Assembly: GCA_017302795.1 (NCBI GenBank)
Contig: JAFLCB010000005.1
Coordinates: 207,668-271,667, forward strand
DNA length: 64,000 nucleotides
Reading direction: 5' to 3'
DNA from: Deltaproteobacteria bacterium
GTDB taxonomy: Bacteria; Bdellovibrionota; Bdellovibrionia; Bdellovibrionales; JAMPXM01
Positions 27,396 to 36,978 of the stretch are shown one piece after another. The notes beneath the pieces are model-generated. The model was not told the origin of the DNA and made no database searches. It was given only the letters and a program-made list of their open reading frames with translations. Numbering within the stretch: the first letter of the stretch is position 1; each line of letters starts with the position of its first letter. The position numbers and the translations under genes were made by a program.

Positions 27396-28009
27396 TGAAG
27401 TGATCCTCCGCAAGCTTCTAGAGCTGCACTGACGGCTGAATCGAAATTCGATCTAAGTGCGTAGGCAGCAGCTTCGCCGGCAGCTGGTTTGCCGACCCAA
27501 CAAGTGAATTCTTCCCGATTGTACTCTCCACCTAATCGCGCGGCCTCTGGCCCACAGGTCTCACATTCTTGCAGTGCGAACACAGTATTGTAGAAGACAG
27601 TGCTGACATCAAAGCAATGACTGCCAGATTGGGTACAAATCACTTCTGCGGATTGGCGATCCGCTTCGAGTGGTGAGTAAACTTTGCGGATACAATGAAC
27701 GCTCTCGGGGCGACAAACATCTGAAACTTTCTGCGAAGAAATCTCTGTTGAAGTGGCCGCCGTGATGTCGCGCTGTACGTCTGAATCTTCCATTGCTCTT
27801 ACTAGCTGATTATCTTCAGCCGTCGTATCTATAGCGCTTTCATGGCTGTTTTGAGCACAGTTTTGATAGGATCCCACCAAGATCGCGGCCGAAATAGCCA
27901 TCAACAGTCTGGTCCCTAAGGACCGTGCCCCATCTGAACGCATACGCCACCCCTGCTTGCTCTCTATATTGTGCATGAGCGCGCGAGAGACATCCATCAC
28001 TGGCTGCAT
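27392..28009 (-). CDS. secreted/lipoprotein-like Cys-rich hypothetical protein
   Basis: Hydrophobic leader LLMAISAAILVGSYQNC. Several further Cys are spread through the mature part. Translationally coupled to the LPMO-like gene. The true start may be the internal Met at 27943. Confidence 0.5.
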   Translation of the reverse strand: MQPVMDVSRALMHNIESKQGWRMRSDGARSLGTRLLMAISAAILVGSYQNCAQNSHESAIDTTAEDNQLVRAMEDSDVQRDITAATSTEISSQKVSDVCRPESVHCIRKVYSPLEADRQSAEVICTQSGSHCFDVSTVFYNTVFALQECETCGPEAARLGGEYNREEFTCWVGKPAAGEAAAYALRSNFDSAVSAALEACGGSLQ

Positions 28010-28112
28010 AATTCAACTTGTCTATTACGAATCGTCTCGTCTTGATACGCGCAAGACTCGACCAACGTCACCGGTGTTAAAAGTGACGACTGTTATAGGA
28101 GCTCTGCGTCGC

Positions 28113-28808
28113 CTAGCGGACGTGAAAAACCGATTCAGTCGGTATTCGAAATTGGGCCCCCCATGTGCCATTTTCCTGTGGCTCGCCAACCGCAATAACC
28201 ATGACAATGCGATTTTGTCGGGAAACATCTAGCACTCGTCGAACTCTGACTTCATCAAATCCCTCCATCATGCAGGTTTGATGGCCTAGTGCCGTTAAAG
28301 CGAGGACGAGGTTTTGAGCGGCCAAGGCTGCAGACTTAATTGCAACTTCTTGCATGTCGCGCTTCGTGTTGGGGCCACGAGGAACCGGTCGGAAAAAACC
28401 GACCAGCGACATTGCCAACATTTTTGAAACTCCAAATAAGTTAAAAAATCCCCACCGATACATAAGGGGGATCAACTTTTCATAGTATTGCAAGACGGGC
28501 TTTGGCGCCCCCACACGCTTGACCCATTCGATTAGAAGCGGTCGGGACCTTCGCCAGTTTTTGGGATTCGCAGATACGACGATCAGTTCAGCCGCAGTGC
28601 GAGCTGCCGATTGACTGAGGCAAGCCTCAATGAGGAGCTTTTTCTTGTCGGCGGTTCTGACCCAAAAAAAGTCCCAAGTCTGTGTATTGGAAGAATTTGG
28701 GGCCAAGATCGCCGCCTCGATGGCAGCTCGAATATCGGCTTCTGGTACTGGCTTTTCTGTAAATCGGCGGATACTTCTTCTTGTCCGAACTGCTTCAAAT
28801 AAGTCCAT
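28113..28808 (-). CDS. nitroreductase-family (FMN) oxidoreductase
   Basis: From ATG 28808: MDLFEAVRTRRSIRRFTEKPVPEADIRAAIEAAILAPNSSNTQTWDF is the canonical nitroreductase N-terminal block. Confidence 0.8.
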   Translation of the reverse strand: MDLFEAVRTRRSIRRFTEKPVPEADIRAAIEAAILAPNSSNTQTWDFFWVRTADKKKLLIEACLSQSAARTAAELIVVSANPKNWRRSRPLLIEWVKRVGAPKPVLQYYEKLIPLMYRWGFFNLFGVSKMLAMSLVGFFRPVPRGPNTKRDMQEVAIKSAALAAQNLVLALTALGHQTCMMEGFDEVRVRRVLDVSRQNRIVMVIAVGEPQENGTWGAQFRIPTESVFHVR

Positions 28809-28881
28809 GCGAGACACCCTAGCACGATTTTCCACTTCGCGTTCACCTACAAAACGGTGCAAAATTAACTTCGAGGTACAT

Positions 28882-29508
28882 ATGATTTACGAAAAGTGGG
28901 ACACCCGTTTTGATATTCAAAAGCTTCGCGAACACCTTGAAAAACACATTCTGCCTCTCGAATCTGTGCAGCAGTCCTCCTCATTTGGCGGCTGGTCCGT
29001 TTTGTCGTCAAACGGAAGCTACAAAGACGGCTGGTTGATGGGCCACAAAGTGATCGCCTCTGAAATGTCGAAAGAGGCGCTCAACGAAAATCTGAAGAAT
29101 GAGGGTTTCTTGGAAATAGAAAACTACAAGCACCCGACCGAGATCTGCCACGGCTATTTGAAAGAAGTCGCCGACTTTCTTTTGTCGAGCGGTCTGAATC
29201 CCCGCCGCCTGCGAATGATCCGGCTTACCAAGGGATTGCGCTCTAGCTGGCACCGCGATGGCCCGGACAATCGATACTTTGTTCGACTGCACGTTCCTAT
29301 CATCACCAATGAGGGGTGCATCTTTGAAACTGAAGAAGGCTCAGTGCACTTACCGGCAGATGGTGCGAGCTATTTTTTAAAAGTTAATCGCATGCACAGG
29401 GTCAGTAATAGCGGAGACGCGGACCGATTTCATCTCGTCATGGATGTTTGGGACACTGGTGGAGTTACTCAACACCATCGTTTCGATGGCGACATCAATG
29501 ACCGTTAG
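28882..29508 (+). CDS. cupin / aspartyl-asparaginyl beta-hydroxylase-like 2OG-Fe(II) oxygenase candidate
   Basis: From ATG 28882, 208 aa. SSWHRDG (HxD) ... RLHVPI ... RMHRVSN ... RFHLVMD resembles the HxD...H facial triad of AspH-like cupins. The upstream part of the track ORF (28630-28881) is antisense to the nitroreductase gene. Confidence 0.45.
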   Translation: MIYEKWDTRFDIQKLREHLEKHILPLESVQQSSSFGGWSVLSSNGSYKDGWLMGHKVIASEMSKEALNENLKNEGFLEIENYKHPTEICHGYLKEVADFLLSSGLNPRRLRMIRLTKGLRSSWHRDGPDNRYFVRLHVPIITNEGCIFETEEGSVHLPADGASYFLKVNRMHRVSNSGDADRFHLVMDVWDTGGVTQHHRFDGDINDR

Positions 29509-29551
29509 TCAAAGCTGTCATCATTAAAATTTAAGAATTTTATGAAATAAA

Positions 29552-29627
29552 AATGGCTCAGATGGAGGGACTCGAACCCCCGACCCAGCGGTTAACAGCC
29601 GCTTGCTCTACCGACTGAGCTACATCT
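29552..29627 (-). tRNA. tRNA-Asn (GTT)
   Basis: The reverse complement folds as a cloverleaf: acceptor tcagatg/catctga, D arm gctcagtcggtagagc, anticodon arm agcgg-ctGTTaa-ccgct, T arm ggggg-ttcgagt-ccctc, encoded CCA. Confidence 0.9.
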
Positions 29628-29703
29628 GAACACAAGAGATTCTTCGAAATATAGAGACCTGTGAGGCCTGTCCGTTTCGAAGGTCGGACTGCCAAAATAG
29701 GGT

Positions 29704-30300
29704 TTATTGACCGCTGCTGTCAACCGTCAAGCCTGCAAGAACCTTGAGTTCTTCCAGAGCTGAATCTAAGTCCGGCGAAAGAAATCGATCGGTCGGATCT
29801 GACACAGTGAATAGAACTTCGCCTGAACGATGAATTTCCCAGCGGGATTTATCAATAAATTCAACAATCACATAGGGCTTAGGTTCGTTCTGCGGGACCA
29901 GATCAGGTTCTTCCGAAGCGGAAACGGGTTTCGCTACGAACTGACAGTGCCGCGAAAGCCACTTTTCTATATCAAGATAGCCAACAGACCGAGATTTGCC
30001 ACTTTCTTCAGCGGTCCAATCGAGCTTCATCCCATTTTTAACTTCCACAACAGCTTTATCATCTGGAAAGCGGATCGCGTGAATTCGGGTCAGGCACAAA
30101 CTCCGACGGATCTCGCCCTCGGCTAGCGGCGACCCACCGGGCTGCAAGCCGGGTTGTCCGGGGGCACCCGGCTCGATACCTAAAGCTTGAAACGCCGTCT
30201 GAACTTTCTCTGGGTTTACATTCTTCATGGCGAAGAATGTTCCGATCAAGGCCGCGAGCAGAAAAAGGATCTTGAAGTAGAGTCCGTATTTTCCAAACAT
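29704..30300 (-). CDS. hypothetical membrane-anchored protein
   Basis: N-terminal TM helix (LYFKILFLLAALIGTFFAM), a Gly/Pro linker and a ~130-aa soluble domain. No motif recognised. Confidence 0.5.
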   Translation of the reverse strand: MFGKYGLYFKILFLLAALIGTFFAMKNVNPEKVQTAFQALGIEPGAPGQPGLQPGGSPLAEGEIRRSLCLTRIHAIRFPDDKAVVEVKNGMKLDWTAEESGKSRSVGYLDIEKWLSRHCQFVAKPVSASEEPDLVPQNEPKPYVIVEFIDKSRWEIHRSGEVLFTVSDPTDRFLSPDLDSALEELKVLAGLTVDSSGQ

Positions 30301-30406
30301 GTGTCCGAGTTAATCAGATTTTGAGCTTGCGGCAAGCGGAACCGCCCATCACGCCACATATAGCGCACTCATTAAGGATCGACGGGGCGACTGCCACGCG
30401 ATTCAA

Positions 30407-31552
30407 CTACGCCGCCGCTTCACGAATTGTCCAAAGGTCTTCCGTTTTTGCTATCGAAAGTATGCCGCGCCCGGCACGTTTCGACGTGTACATCAACCGG
30501 TCAGCCTCACGAATTAACTTCTGTCCCGACTGAAGCTCTTTCGGCGTGCGCGTCCCAACATACAAACAGCCGAGACTCGCCGACACATCGATCTTGTTGC
30601 CATTGAGCTGTGTGATTCCCTGAATGGCCGCCAAAATCGCCCTTGAACGAACTTTGAGTTCTTCTTCGTCTTTTAATTTTTTTAGAATCACAACGAACTC
30701 ATCTCCTCCGACTCTTGCAATAATGTCCTCGGGTTTTGAAGTACGACGAAGCTGAAGTGCCACTTGTTTTAAAAGCACATCCCCAAACTCGTGTCCAAGC
30801 TTATCGTTCACGGGTTTAAACCCGTCCAGGTCGAAATACACGATTCCCATCGCCTTGTTGTCAGCGCGATTGGCCTCAATCAATAGCGGCAATTGGTCCT
30901 CAACTATGCGGCGATTTGCAAGACCCGTAAGCGGGTCGCGGGTCGCAAGCATTTTCAAAACTTCCTTCACCGCTTTAAGGTCCCGCAACAGATATCCGGT
31001 GTAACTTGCAACGAGAACAAAGATCAGTGCGATGTCGAAACCAGATGGAACGATCGTGCTCCAGTAAGGACTGACTTTGAATAGGATCAACATTCCAAAA
31101 GAAGTAAAAAGAGAGGCAACGAAAAGGTAGGACTCACCAAACCGAAACCCGTGACCGATTGAAATCCACGGATAGATGAAAAGCAGAGAGGCAAATTTCT
31201 CGCGACTGAAAAACAAAAACGCGGTGGTCACAAATACATCGTGCACAAGTCCTACGACAATTCGTTCATGAGCAAATCGCGGCAAAAAATACGAGTGGGT
31301 CGACAGCCCCGCCGTAATCAGAAATGAGGCAACAAAAAGAAATTGGCAAACGATGTCCGCCGTCACGAGCCGATCAAATTTGATAATGAAGATATTGGCC
31401 ACTGATACGAACGCCAACATGATCGAAACCACAATCAAGCGCGTGGCGCCTTGATCTTTTTCTGCTTCAATAAGCTGCTGCTCTGAGCTTCCAAAAAGAT
31501 GCTGCCGCCCCATCATATTTAAATCCCCTTTATTTGAGGCAATCTCATTCAA
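30407..31552 (-). CDS. membrane-bound diguanylate cyclase (GGDEF)
   Basis: Six or so N-terminal TM helices, then RDPLTGLANRR...VYFDLDGFKPVNDKLGHEFGD...ARVGGDEFVVIL with an intact GGDEF. No RxxD I-site five residues upstream of GGDEF (the sequence there is KPEDIIARV). Confidence 0.88.
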   Translation of the reverse strand: MNEIASNKGDLNMMGRQHLFGSSEQQLIEAEKDQGATRLIVVSIMLAFVSVANIFIIKFDRLVTADIVCQFLFVASFLITAGLSTHSYFLPRFAHERIVVGLVHDVFVTTAFLFFSREKFASLLFIYPWISIGHGFRFGESYLFVASLFTSFGMLILFKVSPYWSTIVPSGFDIALIFVLVASYTGYLLRDLKAVKEVLKMLATRDPLTGLANRRIVEDQLPLLIEANRADNKAMGIVYFDLDGFKPVNDKLGHEFGDVLLKQVALQLRRTSKPEDIIARVGGDEFVVILKKLKDEEELKVRSRAILAAIQGITQLNGNKIDVSASLGCLYVGTRTPKELQSGQKLIREADRLMYTSKRAGRGILSIAKTEDLWTIREAAA

Positions 31553-31800
31553 GCGATCCCGATATGATTGTTTCGGCGGCCACTAACTGGACCAAAAGGA
31601 AGGAGTTGAAACGGGTCGTTAAGATACCGCAAGCGGCCTCAGATGAAATTAAATGCGATTTGGCGTTTCGAAGGTCCTGATTTCGTCTAAAACTTCGACG
31701 GGTTGGAATGCCAACGAGCACTCCTCCGCGAATCAACGCAGGGGAAATAACGCGTGTGCGCTACCAAAATGTAGGCGGTACCTTTGGTCCTGGGGAGAAA

Positions 31801-31877
31801 TGGTGCACCGGGAAGGATTTGAACCTCCGACCACTTGATTCGTAGTCAAGTACTCTATCCAACTGAGCTACCGGTGC
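31801..31877 (-). tRNA. tRNA-Arg (ACG)
   Basis: The reverse complement is gcaccgg-ta-gctcagttggatagagt-a-cttga-ctACGaa-tcaag-tggtc-ggagg-ttcaaat-ccttc-ccggtgc-a-cca. Confidence 0.9.
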
Positions 31878-31976
31878 CCTTGGAAAAAACTGAGGCCTAG
31901 GGATAAAGCCAAATTCGCTCTAAATCAACTGCACAGGGCAAGTTTTCGCGATAAAAAATCAGTCAAGGAGCAAACC

Positions 31977-32594
31977 ATGGCTATTTCACCCCCACCCGCT
32001 CACCAAAATTCTCACAAAATGACATGGCTCACGGCACTTCGAGAGGCACAAGCGACTCTCGACACCTTCGTGAATAATCCAAGTCAGTTAGAAAAGTGCG
32101 AGAAATTTTCGCAAATTCTAATCGAGTCGTTTCGCGGCGGCGGTCGTCTTTTCACATGCGGAAACGGCGGAAGTCACTGCGATGCGATGCACTTCGCTGA
32201 AGAATTCACCGGTCGATATCGTAAAGATCGCAGACCATTGGGCGCACTGGCGCTAGGCGACGCTTCTCACGTTACTTGCGTTTCGAATGATTATGGCTTT
32301 GAGCACATCTTTTCGCGTCAGCTAGAAGGCTTGGCGCGCAAAGGCGACGTCCTTGTCGGGTTATCGACCTCTGGAAACTCTGCCAATGTCATTCGTGCTT
32401 TCGAAACAGCCAAGTCCCTAGGTATAGGGACCGTCGGACTTTTGGGGCGTGATGGCGGAAAGCTCGCCGCCATATCCGATCTTGCGATCGTGGTCCCGGC
32501 GCAAACCTCCGATCGCATTCAAGAAATGCACATTAAACTTATTCACACGGTGATCGAATCGGTCGAGCGAGTGCTATTTCCCGAAAATTACTAG
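31977..32594 (+). CDS. gmhA: D-sedoheptulose-7-phosphate isomerase (phosphoheptose isomerase, SIS domain)
   Basis: SD aaggag upstream. FTCGNGGSHCDAMHFAEEFTGRYRKDRRPLGA...VSNDYGFEHIFSRQLE...GDVLVGLSTSGNSANV...DRIQEMHIKLIH matches the GmhA blocks. Confidence 0.85.
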   Translation: MAISPPPAHQNSHKMTWLTALREAQATLDTFVNNPSQLEKCEKFSQILIESFRGGGRLFTCGNGGSHCDAMHFAEEFTGRYRKDRRPLGALALGDASHVTCVSNDYGFEHIFSRQLEGLARKGDVLVGLSTSGNSANVIRAFETAKSLGIGTVGLLGRDGGKLAAISDLAIVVPAQTSDRIQEMHIKLIHTVIESVERVLFPENY

Positions 32595-32689
32595 GTTTGC
32601 CCAGGCAGCGGGTCCCCGTTGCTGCGGTTCTTGATTTGATCGATCGCCCGTGGCAGTGTTCTTTCAGAAGGCGTCTCCAAAACCGCAAC

Positions 32690-32782
32690 GGAGTGGTGGG
32701 TGAGTGGCTTAAACCAATAGTTTGCTAAACTGTCGTACGCTGTAAAGGCGTACCGCGGGTTCAAATCCCGCCCACTCCGCCA
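32690..32782 (+). tRNA. tRNA-Ser (GCT), long variable arm
   Basis: ggagtgg acceptor; anticodon arm atagt-ttGCTaa-actgt; variable arm cgtacgctgtaaaggcgtaccg; T arm gcggg-ttcaaat-cccgc; ccactcc-g-cca. Confidence 0.9.
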
Positions 32783-33036
32783 CTTTGACGCATCGAAAAC
32801 AGAGTCCCCGCGACGTCCGCTGCGAACTAATCAACGGTGGTGAGAAATCTGAGCCTTAGGCCTGCCTGGCGGTGCCGTACAAGAGCCGACATCTGACTGA
32901 ACTCTGGTCACATAAATTCTGAAATTTGGATCTCGGGAACAAGCACGATAGCTCGCGCGGAGTCCGTCTCGCTCTGCAACGTTTTGGGTACCTCTGGCAT
33001 ACCTTGCACTATCCAAAGCGATCTGCAGAGGATTCA

Positions 33037-33882
33037 ATGAAAATGCACTCAGGTACTTTTACCGACCAAACTTTGCCTGTTGATGGAGGCACATTGATTC
33101 GCTCATTGGTCGTAATCAGTTTGTTTCTCTTGAGTTCTGAGACATGGTCCCAGACCTTACCTGTCTCGATTGCGAAAAACATATCGTGCAACATTGCTCC
33201 GTCCATCGCAAAAAATTGGGTGAAGGATGAGATCAAGATCTATTTTAACAACGACATCGCTCTGCTGAACGAGGCAGAGAGGTACTTTGATAGAAGCTCA
33301 AAGGCGGAGATAGATCGCCGATGTGTCGAATTCGTTAATGACACTATCGGCAGGGCACTCACCCGTATCCAAACTATAAATCCAGCTTTGGTCGCCGAAA
33401 CAATCAAGAGACATTTTTCCAAATTGCAAATCAGCTTCGTCCATTTTTGCCACTCCAATGGCAGGCCGCTTGTCGCTGCCGCATGTTTCAAAAACCACTA
33501 TTTTTTTTCGCCACATGAAATACAAATTTCGAGTTTCTCCTCAGGCCTTGCTCTTGAAATGTTTTTTCCGAACGAAAAGTATCGAATTCAAAACAAGACC
33601 CACACGAATGCGCTCATCCACGAGTTTCTGCATTATTTCGGTTGGGATAATTTGTCCAAAGATCAACACGATAATCCCTTCGCATTTGAGACTGTTGATG
33701 CGATCTACTCATGTACAAATGTAGCGCTGCCTAACCAGCCTCGTCTGTTTGGCAAGATTGACGACCGAGAAGTTATCCTTGAAAAGCAAGAAGACGTCTG
33801 TCGTCGCGCAGTTATCTCCCCACCGAACTGGTCATCTCCAATTGAGGAACGGGATTCCACAAGGCCGGACATTTTATATTGA
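33037..33882 (+). CDS. secreted HExxH zinc-metallopeptidase-like protein
   Basis: ATG 33037 behind agagga. TM/signal SLVVISLFLLSSETWS. Single HExxH motif in NALIHEFLHYFGWDN. AT-richer codon usage than the flanks (by eye). Confidence 0.5.
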   Translation: MKMHSGTFTDQTLPVDGGTLIRSLVVISLFLLSSETWSQTLPVSIAKNISCNIAPSIAKNWVKDEIKIYFNNDIALLNEAERYFDRSSKAEIDRRCVEFVNDTIGRALTRIQTINPALVAETIKRHFSKLQISFVHFCHSNGRPLVAAACFKNHYFFSPHEIQISSFSSGLALEMFFPNEKYRIQNKTHTNALIHEFLHYFGWDNLSKDQHDNPFAFETVDAIYSCTNVALPNQPRLFGKIDDREVILEKQEDVCRRAVISPPNWSSPIEERDSTRPDILY

Positions 33883-34063
33883 GATGAAGACGGCACCCTT
33901 ACCCGACGAAACGTACCCGGCAGAGTCGCGCTCTGCGGAAACTGGGGTTAAGGTAGTCACCGGAAGTCACTCATCGCCTTACGCAGCACGGTTTGGTAAT
34001 TTGCAAGAAGCACTTGCATGATCGGCGCAATCGCTGAACAGCGATGCTGTTAACAAGCGAGAG

Positions 34064-34729
34064 TCATGGGGTGTAGGACTTTAGAAAGGAAACCGCATCG
34101 GCGATCGAGTCAACCGTCGTGGACTTCCCATAAAACTCCCCACTTATCCTAACGCCCTGACCTTTAGATAATATTCCATAAACATATATACGATCTTCTT
34201 TCGTGTTAAATCCCACTAATGCTGAACCAGACTGGCCCGTGTTCGATGCTGTTGGACAAGAAATTTGTGAGCCGTCTTGTGCTGCACCATCGCACTTAAG
34301 AATAAGCGGAACCGGGAAGCCTAAACTGCTCATCGCTGCTCCAACAAGAAATTTACGTGAATCGGGGCCGTCGCTGAGTCTTTCCTTTAGTTCAATGCAT
34401 TTAAAATCCTCTTCGTTCAGATAGGGATGGTTCTTCTCAGTTTTTAGTAACGCCACATCTGACACTGAGCTCTTGAAAATTAAAGTGGCAGATTGAGCTT
34501 CTCCGTCCAATGAAAGACCCATAGGAAAAACCAATTTTCTGTTGGCTGATCCTACACAATGAGCGGCTGTGAGGATAACATTAGGTCTTATATAATAACC
34601 CGAGCACAACAAATTAGCGGCGTATTTAATGATGTCTTCATAGCGTTGAAGGCACTTAGCATGAACTGGCGTGGACACTGTCAAACAAGTTGAGAGTAGA
34701 ACAAAAAGAGTAACTATCTTTTTCACCAA
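34064..34729 (-). CDS. trypsin-like serine peptidase (S1 family)
   Basis: Signal peptide. Catalytic triad contexts: NVILTAAHCVG (His), SDVALLK (Asp), NTGQSGSALVG (Ser, GDSG-like). Confidence 0.7.
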   Translation of the reverse strand: MVKKIVTLFVLLSTCLTVSTPVHAKCLQRYEDIIKYAANLLCSGYYIRPNVILTAAHCVGSANRKLVFPMGLSLDGEAQSATLIFKSSVSDVALLKTEKNHPYLNEEDFKCIELKERLSDGPDSRKFLVGAAMSSLGFPVPLILKCDGAAQDGSQISCPTASNTGQSGSALVGFNTKEDRIYVYGILSKGQGVRISGEFYGKSTTVDSIADAVSFLKSYTP

Positions 34730-34869
34730 AGACTCCCGAAGCCGTTTAGAGCAGCAAATGAGGCATTCGGTGCTAATGCTGCAAATGTTGAGCTAGGCGA
34801 ACCCATTTGCCAGAACAGCTTTTAAGTTTAAACAGTCCATCGCATCAAAGAACTACGAACGAGATTTTT

Positions 34870-35223
34870 TTAATTTTTCTTGCTGCAACTTATGACCGAT
34901 AAAGATCGAGTGCCGTTGATGAACTCTAGAGAGCCATTCTCCGCCAATCGAACTCGCTGTTCCATCCTAGCACCGTCTTGTTGATCGAAGCCTAAATAGT
35001 CCATGCCTAGTATTTCGCAAGCCGACTTTGCTGTTATCGCTCCGGTGTGAAGTTCATATGTTAAGCCGTTCAAAACGATGGTCGGCGACAATATGCTGAC
35101 CGCATTGCCTTTTGTTTTATAGCCACTTCCGCCAATTATCGACTGAATGATAGTCACGTCAGCGTGCGCAGGGATCGTTAAAGTCATCGACAGCAGGCCG
35201 ATAAGTGTCATTATTTTCTTCAT
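34870..35223 (-). CDS. small secreted hypothetical protein
   Basis: ATG 35223 behind gggaga. Signal peptide MKKIMTLIGLLSMTLTIPAHA|DV. Two Cys. Confidence 0.5.
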   Translation of the reverse strand: MKKIMTLIGLLSMTLTIPAHADVTIIQSIIGGSGYKTKGNAVSILSPTIVLNGLTYELHTGAITAKSACEILGMDYLGFDQQDGARMEQRVRLAENGSLEFINGTRSLSVISCSKKN

Positions 35224-35399
35224 AGATATCTCCCTGTTTGATTTGAAATTCAAATTTCAATGGCCGTCGCAATAGCAAGCAAGAGCGGAACCAAAATTTC
35301 GCTACGGACAGCGCAAACTCCAGAGCCGCTCAGCAAACCAATGGTTCCGAGGCGCCCTTCGCTTAGTTCGGTTATGTCTTCATGACCGTTTGCTAAAGA

Positions 35400-36281
35400 T
35401 TACGTCCGCCGGCGAAACGCCTCGATCTTTTCGCGACCAAATACCCGTTCAGCGACCAATAGATTGTGCGTGCGGCAAAGGACTCTGAGGTTATCGGGAT
35501 GATTCGTTCCGCCGAGGCCTCGAGGCCGAATGTGATCGATCTCTAGAAAATGGCGGCTCGCACATCGATGACCCATCTTTGTTTCACGATATTCGCACTG
35601 ACCACCGGATTTTCTCAGCATGACGTTTCGGGTCGACGGCTTTAGTGAGTTTGCGGGTTGGACATCTGGCACGTCTACTTCCACAGCGGTGTCGCATGGC
35701 GCCGCACGGGGCTTGACGGTTCTTTTGAGTGGATCTTTTTTCTCAAGAAAAACATCCATCGCGGCATCTAATAATTCAGCGCTTGATGAGCCGAGGTGCG
35801 TGTGTGAAAGCAGCTCTTGAATTCGTTTTAGCTTTTCGAATTGCACTCGTGTGAAAGTCACCTGCACGCTGATTTGATCCTCGCTGATCGCACGAACTTT
35901 CTCACTGGGCACGGCGGCCACCTCGGGAAAGTGCTGAGCCAATCGATGTTCGGCTTCGCGGCCTGAACAGGATTCTACTTTTGTCAAAATTTCGGATTTT
36001 TCTTGAATGGACATTCTTTCGCCAGTGCGTTTCTCGTCAGCGCGAATCAACGTTTGCACTTTTGAAAGCACGGTAAGACCGAGTGCTCCAGATTCTAGTT
36101 TGCCGGCTGCTTCCGGGACAGCCTGCAAAATCCTCGCGGCTTGCATCCTGCGATAGGCGGCCGACTCGCTATAGCCTAGGTCTTTGACCAAATCGAAGTG
36201 ATTCTGTAGCACGGGTCGCGGAACGGAAAAAAGTGAGAAAAGATTTAATTCTTGAATTCTAGTAAACGCTAGTCGATTCAA
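35400..36281 (-). CDS. HNH endonuclease-domain protein (DUF222-like architecture)
   Basis: C-terminal HNH: CEYRETKMGHRCASRHFLEIDHIRPRGLGGTNHPDNLRVLCRTHNLLVAE (H-N-H with flanking Cys/His). The long helical N-terminal region is as in stand-alone HNH/DUF222 proteins. Confidence 0.75.
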   Translation of the reverse strand: MNRLAFTRIQELNLFSLFSVPRPVLQNHFDLVKDLGYSESAAYRRMQAARILQAVPEAAGKLESGALGLTVLSKVQTLIRADEKRTGERMSIQEKSEILTKVESCSGREAEHRLAQHFPEVAAVPSEKVRAISEDQISVQVTFTRVQFEKLKRIQELLSHTHLGSSSAELLDAAMDVFLEKKDPLKRTVKPRAAPCDTAVEVDVPDVQPANSLKPSTRNVMLRKSGGQCEYRETKMGHRCASRHFLEIDHIRPRGLGGTNHPDNLRVLCRTHNLLVAERVFGREKIEAFRRRT

Positions 36282-36978
36282 AATTCGAAACTGAATTTAC
36301 TTTTTGATTTCCGACGATACTTTCGGTCCGAACCTGGAATCTATTCTTGCTCATTCGGTATAGCTTTACGGTTTCGAAAGGAAAGACGTCCGACAGGTTG
36401 TATTTAGAGCTTGGATTGCCCCAAGCCGAATAATCCACATTTTGGCCGAAGCCGGGATATCGAGTCGGAATACCATCCACTGAGGCACTGCCGATTCGAT
36501 CCTGGCTTGAATCGTATCGAAAACCAATTCCTCGTGGCTTAAAATTTACCGACCCATCATTGAAAACTTCTATGTCTGAAAGTCCGTTGATGGAAACATC
36601 TACGCGATATTGGCCCATAGGAAAGCCGCCGCCACAATCATAAGTACGTTCGAGTACAAATCCTCCAAGAGTATTTGCAGACATCTCGTCAACATAGTGG
36701 AGATAAGTTTCATCGTTGCGCCAAAGAAGCCAAGTTTTGCTAAAGCGATAAATTCCGCTGGGAATCTCTTGAACCGAGATTTCTTGCCGTTTCATGCTTT
36801 CGTTCATTTCTACAGCTTCAATCTTTCGATCTAGGTTGCAGGGCGACAGAGCCGCGATGCTTGGTTTCAATCGCGCATCTTGTTCGAGTGAAGAATCGTT
36901 CTGCTCACGTCCACAGCCTAAAAGAGAAAAACTAGCCAACACGAGCAATGAACTAAAAATGCTTAAAATATTGCTCAT
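36259..36978 (-). CDS. lipoprotein, hypothetical
   Basis: Lipobox LVLASFSLLG|C. 239 aa. Its 3' end overlaps the HNH gene start by 23 nt. Confidence 0.55.
   Translation of the reverse strand: MSNILSIFSSLLVLASFSLLGCGREQNDSSLEQDARLKPSIAALSPCNLDRKIEAVEMNESMKRQEISVQEIPSGIYRFSKTWLLWRNDETYLHYVDEMSANTLGGFVLERTYDCGGGFPMGQYRVDVSINGLSDIEVFNDGSVNFKPRGIGFRYDSSQDRIGSASVDGIPTRYPGFGQNVDYSAWGNPSSKYNLSDVFPFETVKLYRMSKNRFQVRTESIVGNQKVNSVSNFESTSVY

Noticed and set aside
31653-31838. 61-aa ORF overlapping tRNA-Arg
   Set aside because: It runs into the tRNA gene on the opposite strand, and nothing supports it as coding.
31947-31954. CGCGATAA upstream of gmhA, ACCGATGA at 11093 and TTCGATAA (minus strand) at about 26502 as further sigma-28 boxes
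   Set aside because: Each matches the -10 box at only 6 of 8 positions and has no TAAA/TCAAG-like -35 at 14-16 nt spacing.
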